Part shown: positions 19,681 through 29,004 of the stretch, one piece after another | Layout of the letters: every line of letters starts with the position of its first letter | Position numbering within the stretch: the stretch's first letter is position 1 | NCBI GenBank assembly: GCA_965199715.1 | Contig: OZ241322.1 | Location: 640,001-704,000 of the forward strand | Direction: 5' to 3' | DNA from: Vicinamibacteria bacterium | Lineage (GTDB): Bacteria; Acidobacteriota; Vicinamibacteria; Marinacidobacterales; Marinacidobacteraceae | DNA: 64,000 nt | Translations under genes and position numbers: made by a program | Notes under the pieces: generated by a model | Database searches by the model: none | What the model saw: the letters and a program-made list of their open reading frames with translations, nothing else | What the model was told of the DNA's origin: nothing

Positions 19681-21662
19681 CGCAGGTTCCGCAACCGCCG
19701 CCGGAGGAGCGGCGCCAGTCGGGGGCCGTCGGGGGAGACGAGGAACGCCTCGGGAAACGCCTCGGCGGCCTCGAACGACTCGATCGCGCGGCTGCGCTCG
19801 CCGAGCGCGAGCAGCGCCAGCCCCCGGTAGTAGCGCCGGGTTCCCTCCAGCGGACCGACGGACTCCCGAAGCGCGAGGCCGCCGGACAGCGCCGCCTCCG
19901 GATCGTCGAGAAGGAATCGGCAAATTCCTTCCTCGAGCCCCGCGGCGGCGTCCTCGACCCCGGCGGCCCGGCCGGCGAGCAGTTGCACGAGCCGGCGGTT
20001 GCAGCGGTGGCCCGCCGGCGACGGCAGCACCGGCGCGTCCGCGAGCACGATCCGCAGCGGACGATCCGCGCCGTCGCGCGCGAGAAGCACGTCGAGCGCG
20101 TCCCCCGAAACCCGTCCGAGGAGCGACTGCCGAAAGTGGGATTCGTCCGCGACCGGCTCGCCCTCGATTTCCGCGAGGCGATCCCCGGCCTCCACGCCCG
20201 CCAGCGCCGCAGGCCCGTCGGGATGCACCGAAAAGACTTCCAGCACCGGCCTCGGCACGTGGTCCTCGCCCCGGGCGAAACGAAGGCCGGCGGAGAACCC
20301 GATCCAGACCCGCCGGCGCGCGACCGGCTGAAGGAGCGCCTCCGCGGCCGCCCCCGCCGAGGCCGGGTCGAACCGGTCGAACGGGACCTGATCGGGGACG
20401 GCGGATCCCGGAGCCAGCAGCTCCACCCGCCCGGCGGCGGCGACACGCACCTCGGCGGCGGCCGCGTCCGTCGCGCCGTCCGGGAGGACGAACCAGTCCG
20501 CGCTCGCGCCGAGCGCGCGCCGCACGGCTTCCTCCGCCGCGGGGTTCGCGTCGGGATCGCCGGGAACGAGGCGGATGAGGGGCCGGGTCGCGCACGAGAC
20601 CGACGCCCGCGCGTCGCGGGCGATATCCACCGACTTGCGGCACCGTCCCGCCGGATGCCGGATCTCGACCTCGTGCCTGCCCGCGCACAGCGCCGAGAAC
20701 GTCAGCGGCGCGACGCCGCGATCCTCGCCGTCGAGCAGCACCCGCGCTCCCGAGGGGACGCTCTCCACGAGGAGCGCGCCGGTCGAGGGCCGGAGGCGGA
20801 CGAAGCGCGGCAGGTAGTCCCGCGCCTCGTCCGCGTGGAAGGTGAACCGCGACTGGCGCCGGCAGGGCGCGGAGAGCGTGATCTCGTGCGCCCCGATGCG
20901 GAGCCCGCCGAGGCGCAGCGGAGCCGAGAATTCCTCGCCGGCGAACCGCGGCGGAACCATCGCGGCGAGCCGCTCCGGGAGATCGCCGCCGGTCGTTCCG
21001 GCCACCCGGCCGTCCACCCGCACGGTGACCCCGGCCGGAGCGGTGGCGATGGGCAGCACCGGCCCGCTGCGCTCCAGCTCGTGTTCGAGGCGGACCACCT
21101 CGCCGGCCAGCAGGTCCATCCGCGGGAACTCGAAGTCGGCGTAGCCCGCACGTTCGAGGCGCACCCGGATGGATCCGCCGATGACCGGCCAGGCGACGAG
21201 CGGGGTCTCGCCGGCGACCGCGCCTCCGACCAGGACCTCGGCCCCCGGCGGCGTGCTCTCCACGTGGATCCACGCCACGAGCCGGACGCGCTCCTGCTCG
21301 AAGGCGTCCACGACGGCGGGACTCAGGTCGGCCCGGTCGAGCTCCCAGCCGGGCCGCAGCAGGAGGAGCGTCCGGAAGTCGTTCGCGGCGTCGTCGCGGT
21401 CGCCGCGGCTGACGTGGGCGCGGGCGCGGTACTCGAGGGCGCGCCCGGCGATCTCGGCTTCCAGCGCCGCCAGCGGCGACTCGGGGTTCGCCTCGCCGGG
21501 GGGACGGTCCACGATGCCGGTGAGGGCGATCACGGCCCCGGTCGCCAGATCCGGGTCGGACGCCTGACGCCGCAGTTCCGACAATTCGGCCGAGAGCCGC
21601 CCCAGCTCGTCTTCCTGCGCGAACCCGCCGACGGCGAGCGCGGCGAGAAACAGCGCGATCAC
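19677..21662 (-). CDS. Exported PEGA-repeat / PDZ / TPR protein
   Basis: Signal peptide; three PEGA-like repeats (ESTPPGAEVLVGG, TAPAGVTVRVDG, ESVPSGARVLLDG); PDZ-like GPAALAGVEAGD...IEG. Confidence 0.7.
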   Translation of the reverse strand: MIALFLAALAVGGFAQEDELGRLSAELSELRRQASDPDLATGAVIALTGIVDRPPGEANPESPLAALEAEIAGRALEYRARAHVSRGDRDDAANDFRTLLLLRPGWELDRADLSPAVVDAFEQERVRLVAWIHVESTPPGAEVLVGGAVAGETPLVAWPVIGGSIRVRLERAGYADFEFPRMDLLAGEVVRLEHELERSGPVLPIATAPAGVTVRVDGRVAGTTGGDLPERLAAMVPPRFAGEEFSAPLRLGGLRIGAHEITLSAPCRRQSRFTFHADEARDYLPRFVRLRPSTGALLVESVPSGARVLLDGEDRGVAPLTFSALCAGRHEVEIRHPAGRCRKSVDIARDARASVSCATRPLIRLVPGDPDANPAAEEAVRRALGASADWFVLPDGATDAAAAEVRVAAAGRVELLAPGSAVPDQVPFDRFDPASAGAAAEALLQPVARRRVWIGFSAGLRFARGEDHVPRPVLEVFSVHPDGPAALAGVEAGDRLAEIEGEPVADESHFRQSLLGRVSGDALDVLLARDGADRPLRIVLADAPVLPSPAGHRCNRRLVQLLAGRAAGVEDAAAGLEEGICRFLLDDPEAALSGGLALRESVGPLEGTRRYYRGLALLALGERSRAIESFEAAEAFPEAFLVSPDGPRLAPLLRRRLRNLR

Positions 21663-23122
21663 CGGAACGCTCCGATCGCGCCGCGCTCGCCGAGGACGAA
21701 CACCGTCCCATCCGAACCGACGTCCAGCGAGACCGGGTCCCGCAGCCCGGCCCGACCCAGCTCGCTCGCCGGAATGGACTCGGTCAACCGGAATTCGCGG
21801 TCGTACACCGCGACCAAAGGCCCTTGTCCGTCGAGGACGAACATGCGGCCCAGCGCGTCGAACGCGACGTCGAGAGGCTCGGCCACCGGAAGCCGCGCCA
21901 CCGAGTTGCCCGCGGCGTCCAACCCGCGCAGCCCGCCTTCCTCGCCGAGAACGAGGAGGTGTCCGGACGGATGGCGCTCGATCAGGCGAATGTCGGAAAG
22001 CTCCGCCGGCCCCACGTCCACGAACACGAGCGAATGGGTGAAGCGGAACGCCCGCTCGCGTCGCTCGTCCCAGACCCATAGCCCTTCCGGGGTCACGGCG
22101 ACCGAGCGGATGCGGTCCAGCGCCCGGAGCCGCCCCGCTTCGTCGGGGACGAGGAGGCGCACCGGCTGGCCGTCCACGACGAGCGCTCGCTCGGCGGCGA
22201 TCGCCGGCCTGCCGTCGAACAGCAGGGCGAAGCTCCGCGCGTCGTCCACCGGGACGACCCCGGTCGTGGTTCCGTCGAGCGTGAAGCTCTGGAGCTCGTC
22301 GGTGTCCCGGTCGAGGACGTGGAGCTCGCGGCCGGACGCCCGCAACCGGAGCGGACGGTCGAGCGGGCGCGGCGCCCGCACCCCTCCGGCGAGCGTCCAC
22401 GCGCGACCCGCCCCCACGTCCCGGATGAGGGTCACGATCTCGAGGGCGCGGTCGCCGAGCTCGCTTTCGGGCGGAAGATCGGCGCGGAGCGCGACCAGCG
22501 CGTCGAGCGCCGCCGCCCGGTCGCCCGAGCGGGCGAGCGCTTGTCCGAGGAGGAAACGCGCCTCGAGGCGCTCCGCCGGGTCGCCCCCGGCCTCGTTCCC
22601 GTAGAGAGCCTCGAGGAGGGCGCCCGCGGCCTCGTCGTCGCGCATGAACGCGAAGGAGTGGCGGGCGAGCTCGAGCAGCGCGTCGCGCGAGCCGCTCGAC
22701 CCGACGCCCACGCCGAGCGCGGCCACGCGCTCCCAGTCCGCCTGGGCGTCGTCGAACCGGGGCGGGATCGCCTCGCGCGCGATCCGGGCGCGCAGCAGGT
22801 AGGCCCCCGGCGTCGCGTCTCCCGCGGGGAACTGCGTGAGGATGCGCTCCACCATCGCTCCGGCGCCGGCCGGGTCTTCGCCGACCTCGAGCCGCCACCG
22901 GGCGATGCGCAGCGCCGCGTCGTCCGCGAGGCTGCTCTCGGTCATCGTCTCGAGCACGGCCTCGAAGTCGCGCAGCGCCTGCTCGTGGCGGCCGCCGCTC
23001 AGGAACTGGTCGCCGCTCGCAAGCCGGCTGCGCGCCGCCCGCTCAAGATCGGAGTCGGGCTGCGCGGCGGCCCCGGACGCGGCGCCCAGGAGGATGGCGA
23101 GGGCGGCGGCTCTTCGGGCCAT
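21659..23122 (-). CDS. Exported TPR + NHL/beta-propeller protein
   Basis: Signal peptide MARRAAALAILLG; BamD-like TPRs (LADDAALRIA, FPAGD); NHL-like repeats (PLDVAFDALGRMFVLD, PVSLDVGSDGTVFVL). Alternative GTG at 23152. Confidence 0.65.
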   Translation of the reverse strand: MARRAAALAILLGAASGAAAQPDSDLERAARSRLASGDQFLSGGRHEQALRDFEAVLETMTESSLADDAALRIARWRLEVGEDPAGAGAMVERILTQFPAGDATPGAYLLRARIAREAIPPRFDDAQADWERVAALGVGVGSSGSRDALLELARHSFAFMRDDEAAGALLEALYGNEAGGDPAERLEARFLLGQALARSGDRAAALDALVALRADLPPESELGDRALEIVTLIRDVGAGRAWTLAGGVRAPRPLDRPLRLRASGRELHVLDRDTDELQSFTLDGTTTGVVPVDDARSFALLFDGRPAIAAERALVVDGQPVRLLVPDEAGRLRALDRIRSVAVTPEGLWVWDERRERAFRFTHSLVFVDVGPAELSDIRLIERHPSGHLLVLGEEGGLRGLDAAGNSVARLPVAEPLDVAFDALGRMFVLDGQGPLVAVYDREFRLTESIPASELGRAGLRDPVSLDVGSDGTVFVLGERGAIGAFR

Positions 23123-23162
23123 GTCGGCGACGCCTCGCATCGTAACAGTCACGATCGGCCCG

Positions 23163-23747
23163 TCAGCACCGTGGCGACGCGGCGCTCCGAAGCTCCCGGA
23201 CGGCTTCGGGAGACCCCATCGACCGGATGGCTGCGACCCCGGCGACCCCCGAGTCCAGCACGCCGGCCACGTTCTCGGGCGCGATCCCGCCGATGGCCCA
23301 GACCGGCGCTTCCGACTCCCGCGCCGCCCGCTCCAACTCCCCCGCCGGAAGCGGAGTCCGCTTCGCCCCCGTCGGAAACGCGGGCCCGAGGATCACCCAG
23401 TCGGCCCCGAGACGCGCCGTCTCGACGGCGGACCGGGCGCTGTGCGCGGAACGGCCGATCCGCAGATTCGGATGCCGGCGCCGCACCTCGTCCAACGGAA
23501 GCCCCGCCTCGGGCAGATGCAGGCCGCCCACCGGAAACGTCAGCGCGAGCGGGAGCCGGTCGTTCAGGATGAGCCGGGAGAGCGTTTCCGGTTCGACGCG
23601 ATCGAGGAATTCCTCGAAGTCGCGGTCGCTCGCGCGCCGGTCCCGCAACTGGACCCAGTCCGCCCCGCCGTCGAGGACGGCCGCAAGCCGCCCCGGATCG
23701 CCGGCGCCTGCGAGATCCGTGACCGCGCAGAGGACCGGACGGGTCAG
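23163..23747 (-). CDS. thiE: Thiamine-phosphate synthase / TenI family
   Basis: CAVTD, WVQLRD, LILND, GLHL, GRSAH, AIGGI and GVAAI motifs. The frame extends upstream of the tracked TTG to a CTG overlapping the rplS stop. Confidence 0.75.
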   Translation of the reverse strand: MTRPVLCAVTDLAGAGDPGRLAAVLDGGADWVQLRDRRASDRDFEEFLDRVEPETLSRLILNDRLPLALTFPVGGLHLPEAGLPLDEVRRRHPNLRIGRSAHSARSAVETARLGADWVILGPAFPTGAKRTPLPAGELERAARESEAPVWAIGGIAPENVAGVLDSGVAGVAAIRSMGSPEAVRELRSAASPRC

Positions 23748-24139
23748 CGCCGCTTCTCGCGCAGGCGGGCCGCCTTGCCCTTCCGCTGCCGCAGGAAGTA
23801 GAGCTTGGCGCGGCGGACGTGGTGCGAACGGACGACCTCGACCTTCGCCACGAGCGGCGAGTGGAGCGGGAAGATGCGCTCCACGGACACCCCGAACGAG
23901 GTCTTGCGCACTGTGATGGTCCTCCGGTTCCCGCCGTGCTTCATCGCGATCAGGATTCCTTCGAACACCTGGATCCGCTCGCGTTCGCCCTCGCGGATCG
24001 TGGCGTGCACCCGGATCGCGTCGCCGGGCCGCAAGTCGGGCCGGTCGGAGCGGAGTTCCGCCTCCTCGAGCGTGCGGATGACCTCGGCCGCCGGCGGCGG
24101 CGCGGGCGCGGCGGTGGTGGTCTCGAGACTGGTGCTCAT
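23744..24139 (-). CDS. rplS: 50S ribosomal protein L19
   Basis: PGD.IRVH..I.EG.RERIQVFEG, GVSVERIFPLHSP, VRRAKLYFLR. Confidence 0.97.
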   Translation of the reverse strand: MSTSLETTTAAPAPPPAAEVIRTLEEAELRSDRPDLRPGDAIRVHATIREGERERIQVFEGILIAMKHGGNRRTITVRKTSFGVSVERIFPLHSPLVAKVEVVRSHHVRRAKLYFLRQRKGKAARLREKRR

Positions 24140-24855
24140 GACGGTTCTTCCTTTCCTTGCGCTTCGGCGGCGACGGCCCTCCGCCACAGATCGGGGCGCC
24201 GGGCTCGCGTGAGTTGGGTCGACTGCTCGAGCCGGAAGCGGCGCACGGCGGCGTGATCCCCCGAGCGGAGGACCGGGGGCACTTCGGCGCCGCGCCAGAC
24301 GGCGGGGCGGGTGTACTGCGGATGCTCCAGCAGGCCGTTGGAGAACGACTCCTCGACCACGGAAGCCTCGTCGCCGACGGCGCCCGGGATGAGCCGGGCG
24401 ACCGCCTCGACGACGATCATGGCGGGGATCTCCCCGCCGGCGAGGACGTAGTCCCCCACCGAGAGCTCCTCCGCCCCGGCGAGCGTGAGGAACCGCTCGT
24501 CCACGCCCTCGTAGCGCCCGGCGACGAGGAGCAGGCGCTCCGCTCCCGCGAGGCCGGCGACCCGGCTCTGGTCCAGCGGCGCGCCGCGGGGGGACATGAG
24601 GAGCACGCGCGGCGTCTCCGGCGCCATCGCGGCGATGTCGTCCACCGCCCGCACCAGCGGCTCGACCCGCATCACCATCCCCGGCCCGCCGCCGTAGGGC
24701 GCGTCGTCGGCGCGCTGGTAGCGCCCGTCGCTCCAGTCGGTGAGCTGGTGGACGTGGATCGAAAGGAGCCCGGCTTCCCGCGCGCGGCGGGTGATCCCGT
24801 GCGCGAAGACGTCGGAGAACATGCCCGGAAAGAGCGTGAGGACGTCGACGCGCAT
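24136..24855 (-). CDS. trmD: tRNA (guanine37-N1)-methyltransferase
   Basis: LTLFP, DDAPYGGGPGMV, GRYEGVDER, SVGDYVLAGGE, PQYTRP. Confidence 0.97.
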   Translation of the reverse strand: MRVDVLTLFPGMFSDVFAHGITRRAREAGLLSIHVHQLTDWSDGRYQRADDAPYGGGPGMVMRVEPLVRAVDDIAAMAPETPRVLLMSPRGAPLDQSRVAGLAGAERLLLVAGRYEGVDERFLTLAGAEELSVGDYVLAGGEIPAMIVVEAVARLIPGAVGDEASVVEESFSNGLLEHPQYTRPAVWRGAEVPPVLRSGDHAAVRRFRLEQSTQLTRARRPDLWRRAVAAEAQGKEEPS

Positions 24856-25445
24856 CAGCCGTTCACCCCGAGAAGCCCTTCGGGCGGATCCATGAGGATG
24901 CGGCGGGCGGCGGGGTCCACTTCCGGGCAGATCCCCTCGACGAACGGGACGAGCGACTCGCCGCCGTCGGGACGGCGCAGGACCAGCAGCAGGCCGCCCC
25001 CGGCCTCCTCCACGCCGGCGACTTCGCCGAGCGGCTCCCCCGAGACCGATTCGGCGCGGCAGCCGATGAGCTCGTGGAAGTAGAAGGCGTCCTCGGCGAG
25101 CTCCTCCAGCTCCGATTCGGGCATCCGGATCTCGCGGCGGCGCAGCGCCTCGGCCCCGCTGACGTCGTCCGCGCCCTCGAAGCGGAGCACCGGGCGCCCC
25201 TTCAGGATCCGGGAGGAAAGAACCTCCATCCGGCGGGCCGGCTCGCCGGGAACGGCGACTCCGAGGTACCGGACTCCGGAAAAACGCTCCGGATCCCCGT
25301 TCAGCGGCTCGACGAAGACCTCGCCCCGCCTCCCGAACGCACGGCCGATGACCCCCACCACGACCTCCGAAACGCCGGAGGCCGTCGCGGGCTCACCGGC
25401 CCCCGGCTCGCTTTCCGCCATTCTCCCGTCGCTCATGGTCGTCAT
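24855..25445 (-). CDS. rimM: 16S rRNA processing protein RimM (start uncertain among several ATGs)
   Basis: VGVIGRAFGRRGEV, FYFHELIG, LVPFV, DPPEGLL; canonical position between rpsP and trmD. Confidence 0.9.
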   Translation of the reverse strand: MTTMSDGRMAESEPGAGEPATASGVSEVVVGVIGRAFGRRGEVFVEPLNGDPERFSGVRYLGVAVPGEPARRMEVLSSRILKGRPVLRFEGADDVSGAEALRRREIRMPESELEELAEDAFYFHELIGCRAESVSGEPLGEVAGVEEAGGGLLLVLRRPDGGESLVPFVEGICPEVDPAARRILMDPPEGLLGVNG

Positions 25446-25513
25446 GGGCCAAGAACATGCTCGTGATGGATGGGAATGCGGAAGGCCGCGGACGGGGCGC
25501 GACCGCCGGGCGA

Positions 25514-25771
25514 TCAGCCCGCGGTTTCGGCCGGGAGCTTCCGAAGCAGCTTCCGCACCGTCGCGGTCGGCTGCGCGCCGCGGCCGATCCAGAAGCGCGC
25601 CCGCTCCTCGTTGACCCGAACCCGACCCTCGGCGTCGCTCGGCATGCGCGGGTGGTAGTGACCCACCGTCTCGACGATGCGTCCGACCTTGCCGTGCAGG
25701 GCGTCCGCGACGACGACCCGGTAGTGTGCGTCGCGCTTCCGGCCGGTGCGGGCAAGCCTGATGTTCAGCAT
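25514..25771 (-). CDS. rpsP: 30S ribosomal protein S16
   Basis: IRLAR.G....YRVVVAD, VG.YHP, W...GAQPT.TV. Confidence 0.93.
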   Translation of the reverse strand: MLNIRLARTGRKRDAHYRVVVADALHGKVGRIVETVGHYHPRMPSDAEGRVRVNEERARFWIGRGAQPTATVRKLLRKLPAETAG

Positions 25772-25789
25772 TGGGTCAGAGCGCGAATC

Positions 25790-27160
25790 TTAGCAGCGCG
25801 GCGCGCCGGAGCGCAGGCTGCCGACCAGCAGCGCTACGCCCGAGACCGCGATCCCGAGAAGCGGCGGAGAGAGGAAGCCCGCCGCCTCGCCGACGAAGTA
25901 CGCGAGGACCCCGAGGGCCGCCGATGGCAGCACCGCGGCGCGGCGGACCGGGAGCCGGTGGACCGCCGCCGCCACCGGCGCCAGCAGCGAGACGCCGAGC
26001 AGCGAATAGAAGACGGTCAGCGACTCGACGACCCCCTGCCCGAAGACGGCGAGGACCGTGCCCAGAACGCCTCCGGCGACCGCGGCGAGCCGCGCCGCCC
26101 GCAGCACCTGCTTCGAGGAGGCGTCCGGCTTCCAGAACCGGCCGTAGAAGTCGCGGCCGAGCGAGGTGGAGAGCATGAAGAGCACTGCGTCGGCGCTCGA
26201 GACCTCGGCCGAGAAGAGCGCCGCGACCCCTAGGCAGCCGAGCCAGACCGGAAGCGACAGGACGAGCAGCGTCGGGAGCGCGGCGTCGGGGCGGTGGAGG
26301 CCCGGATGCAGCGCCGCCGCCGCGAGGCCGAGAATCGGCGGGATCGCGGCGAAGAGCAGCATCGCGAGCCCGGCCCCGAAGAGGCCGCGCCGCACTGCCC
26401 GCTCGTCGCGTCCACCGAACGCCTTCTGGAGGATCCCCGGCGAGGCGAGGAACGCCGGGATCAGCAGCGCCGAGTAGCGCAGCGCGAGCAGGGGTTCGCT
26501 CATCGGATCGAGCGCGGCGGCGCCGAGGAGGCGCTCGAGGCCGGCCCAGCCGCCCGCGGCGGCGAGCGCCCAGACCGTCGCGAGCCCGAGGCCGACGAGC
26601 AGGACCCCCAACTGGAGGAGGTTCACGAAGGCGGCGCTCGCGAGGCCTCCGGCGGCGAAGTAGAGCGTCATCACGAGCGCCGACGCCCCGACCGCCGCGG
26701 GGTACGGAAGGCCGGTCACGGCCTCGACCAGCACTCCGGCCGCGATGAGTTGGGCGGCCAGCACGAACAGCGTGGCCACCAGCAGCAGTCCGGTGAGCGC
26801 GGCGCGCACGGTCGCCCCGTACCGCAGCTCGAGGAGGTCGCCCACGGTGTGCAGGCGATGTTCCCTGGCGACGCGCCACACGCGCGGCCCGAGCCACGCG
26901 GCGAGGATCAGCGTGCCGACCCCGCCGGCCCCCACCCACCACGACGCGGCGAGGCCGTGCTCGTACCCGAGCGCCGCGGCGCCCACGGTCGATCCGGCCC
27001 CGATGTTCGCCGCGAGCACAGTCGCGAACACGAGCCGCGCCGGAAGCGCGCGACCAGCCACGAAGAAACTCGAGGCGGACCGGACGCCGTGCGAGACGAG
27101 GAACCCGGCGGCGACGAGCAGCGCCGAGTACGCGACGAGCACGTGAAGGTAGGGAAACAC
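25790..27160 (-). CDS. Sodium:solute symporter family protein
   Basis: FFVAGR, NIGAGS, YFAAGGL, AALFSAEVSSAD; multiple TM segments. Confidence 0.85.
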   Translation of the reverse strand: MFPYLHVLVAYSALLVAAGFLVSHGVRSASSFFVAGRALPARLVFATVLAANIGAGSTVGAAALGYEHGLAASWWVGAGGVGTLILAAWLGPRVWRVAREHRLHTVGDLLELRYGATVRAALTGLLLVATLFVLAAQLIAAGVLVEAVTGLPYPAAVGASALVMTLYFAAGGLASAAFVNLLQLGVLLVGLGLATVWALAAAGGWAGLERLLGAAALDPMSEPLLALRYSALLIPAFLASPGILQKAFGGRDERAVRRGLFGAGLAMLLFAAIPPILGLAAAALHPGLHRPDAALPTLLVLSLPVWLGCLGVAALFSAEVSSADAVLFMLSTSLGRDFYGRFWKPDASSKQVLRAARLAAVAGGVLGTVLAVFGQGVVESLTVFYSLLGVSLLAPVAAAVHRLPVRRAAVLPSAALGVLAYFVGEAAGFLSPPLLGIAVSGVALLVGSLRSGAPRC

Positions 27161-27261
27161 CGGTTCTGTGCGATACTAGATTCTCCGGGCTCGCTCCCCC
27201 GACGGCCGCGCGCAGCCCGCCGAAGCTACCGTTCACGCGTCGCTGAAGAGGAGTGGCAGGA

Positions 27262-27654
27262 ATGAAGCGAGCAATCTTGACGTCGGCCCTCGCGCTCGGA
27301 GCGCTGGGCCTTGTCGCCGCGCACGCCGCCGGGTCGGGGTCGATCGGGTTCGGCGCGGGCAAGGTCGGCCCGCGGGCCGCCTATTCACAGGGGAAGGCCC
27401 TGACCTATCGGGAGCTGGCGTGCGACGGGTGTCCGCTCGGGCAAGGCGAACTGAACGACGATTCGGCGATGCGCTTGGCCGACAGCCTCGAGGCCGCCTA
27501 CTACGACCTGGCCGCCGGCGCCGACGCGGACGTCGTTCAGGCCCTGTGCGGCGACGGCTTGGAGGACTGCAAGGCCCGGATCGAAATGGTCCACTACTTC
27601 CTGTCCCGGCGGTTCGGACCGGTCTGGATCAAGAACACGCGCGGCGGCCCCTGA
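27262..27654 (+). CDS. Small secreted Cys-containing hypothetical protein
   Basis: Signal peptide MKRAILTSALALG..AHA; LACDGCP, LC...C, HYFLSRRF; has an adjacent paralog. Confidence 0.65.
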   Translation: MKRAILTSALALGALGLVAAHAAGSGSIGFGAGKVGPRAAYSQGKALTYRELACDGCPLGQGELNDDSAMRLADSLEAAYYDLAAGADADVVQALCGDGLEDCKARIEMVHYFLSRRFGPVWIKNTRGGP

Positions 27655-27761
27655 GCCCGCCGCCAGTGCAATGCTCGCCGCATCCGAATCACGCTATTGG
27701 TCGGCCCCGGGAATCTCGTCGCAGTCGCGGCTTGCGTGCGGCCGACAGGGAGAACAGGGAC

Positions 27762-28119
27762 ATGAAGCAACCGCTCTGGCGTTGGCGCTCGCGCTGGGAG
27801 CGTTGGGACTCGTCGCCGCGCACGCCGCCAGCGCCGGATCCATCGGGTCCGGCGCGGGCAAGCTGACCCCGCGTACGCGCAGGGCAAGGCGCGGACCTAT
27901 CGGGAACTCGCCTGCGACCGCTGCCCGCTCATGCGCAACGAGCTGGACGGAGACCGGGCGATGGGCCTGGTCGCCAGCCTTGAGGCCGCGTACGACGGCG
28001 CAGGCGCCGGTTCCGCCGACGACGAGGCGGTGCAGGCCCTTTGCGGCGAGGGGGTCGAGGACTGCCAGCTCCGGATGGAGAAGGTCCACTACTTCCTGTC
28101 CCGCCGGTTCAAGCTCTGA
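27762..28119 (+). pseudogene. Frameshifted tandem paralog of 27262..27654
   Basis: Aligns with the upstream gene (YRELACDRCP, VQALCG...DC, VHYFLSRRF) but lacks 1 nt after ATGAAGCAA and about 7 nt near 27872. Confidence 0.7.
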
Positions 28120-28127
28120 GGGAGATC

Positions 28128-28994
28128 ATGAAAACCATACGTATCGGCGCGGTCGTGGCGGCCGCGCTTCTGTCCCTGCCGGCCCACGCGGCCGCGCAGG
28201 GCACGCCGTGGATCGGCGAGCCCGGGACGGGCGCGGTCTCGCTCTACTTCAGTCGGCAGTCGGCCACCGAGTACTACCGCCTCGAGATCCGGCCGACTCC
28301 CGGAGACGGAGCGGTGCTCTCGCAGAACACCGGCTGGCTCGGGATCACCTACGCCCTTTCGGACGCGGTCTCCGTGGATCTCCTGTCCGGCCTCGCCCGC
28401 AGCCACATCCCCGGCGCGGTCGGCCCCACGACGCAGGAGAGCTTCAGCGGCCTCATCGACACGCACCTGAACGTCACGTGGCGCGTCTCCGACGAGCTGC
28501 TGACCGGGATGCCCAGCGTGGCGCTGAGCGCCGGCGTGATCGGGGCGGGACCGTACGAGACCGGTCACATCAACGCGCTCGGCGACGGCGGCAACGGCGT
28601 GCAGGGCTCGGTGGTCGTGGGCCAGTTCATCAATCGCGTGGGCTTCTCGGCGGAGGGCGGATACCGCTACCGCACCGAGAACATTCCGTCGGAGGTGTTC
28701 GTGAACCTGTCGGGATACCTCGCGGTGACCGAACAGCTCACGCTCATCGGCGATTTCCGCGTCATCAACTCTGCGGAGTCGGGCATCGAGATCGGCGGCG
28801 CGGGGTTCACGGCCGCCCGGTTCCCCGAAGTCGAGGAAGACATCGACCTGCTCGGCGCGCGCATGCTCCTCAACCTGACCGACGAGTTCGGGGTGAACGC
28901 CTTCTACGGCAAGGTGATCGACGGGCGGAACACGGCGGCGTCGCACATCTTCGGCGGCGGGATCACCCACACCTTCGGCTCGACCTTCGAATAG
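28128..28994 (+). CDS. Putative outer-membrane beta-barrel protein
   Basis: Signal peptide, alternating amphipathic strands, C-terminal GITHTF. Confidence 0.6.
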   Translation: MKTIRIGAVVAAALLSLPAHAAAQGTPWIGEPGTGAVSLYFSRQSATEYYRLEIRPTPGDGAVLSQNTGWLGITYALSDAVSVDLLSGLARSHIPGAVGPTTQESFSGLIDTHLNVTWRVSDELLTGMPSVALSAGVIGAGPYETGHINALGDGGNGVQGSVVVGQFINRVGFSAEGGYRYRTENIPSEVFVNLSGYLAVTEQLTLIGDFRVINSAESGIEIGGAGFTAARFPEVEEDIDLLGARMLLNLTDEFGVNAFYGKVIDGRNTAASHIFGGGITHTFGSTFE

Positions 28995-29004
28995 GCGGCT
29001 GGAC

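Noticed and set aside
18804-22604. 1266-aa + strand ORF and similar long Arg/Pro/Ala-rich ORFs (e.g. 31825..35346, 32216..35290, 33871..37329)
   Set aside because: They overlap motif-supported genes, have no recognisable domains and reflect stop-codon scarcity at high GC.
25446-25513. KH-domain gene often found between rpsP and rimM
   Set aside because: The gap is too short and has no matching ORF; absence is common.
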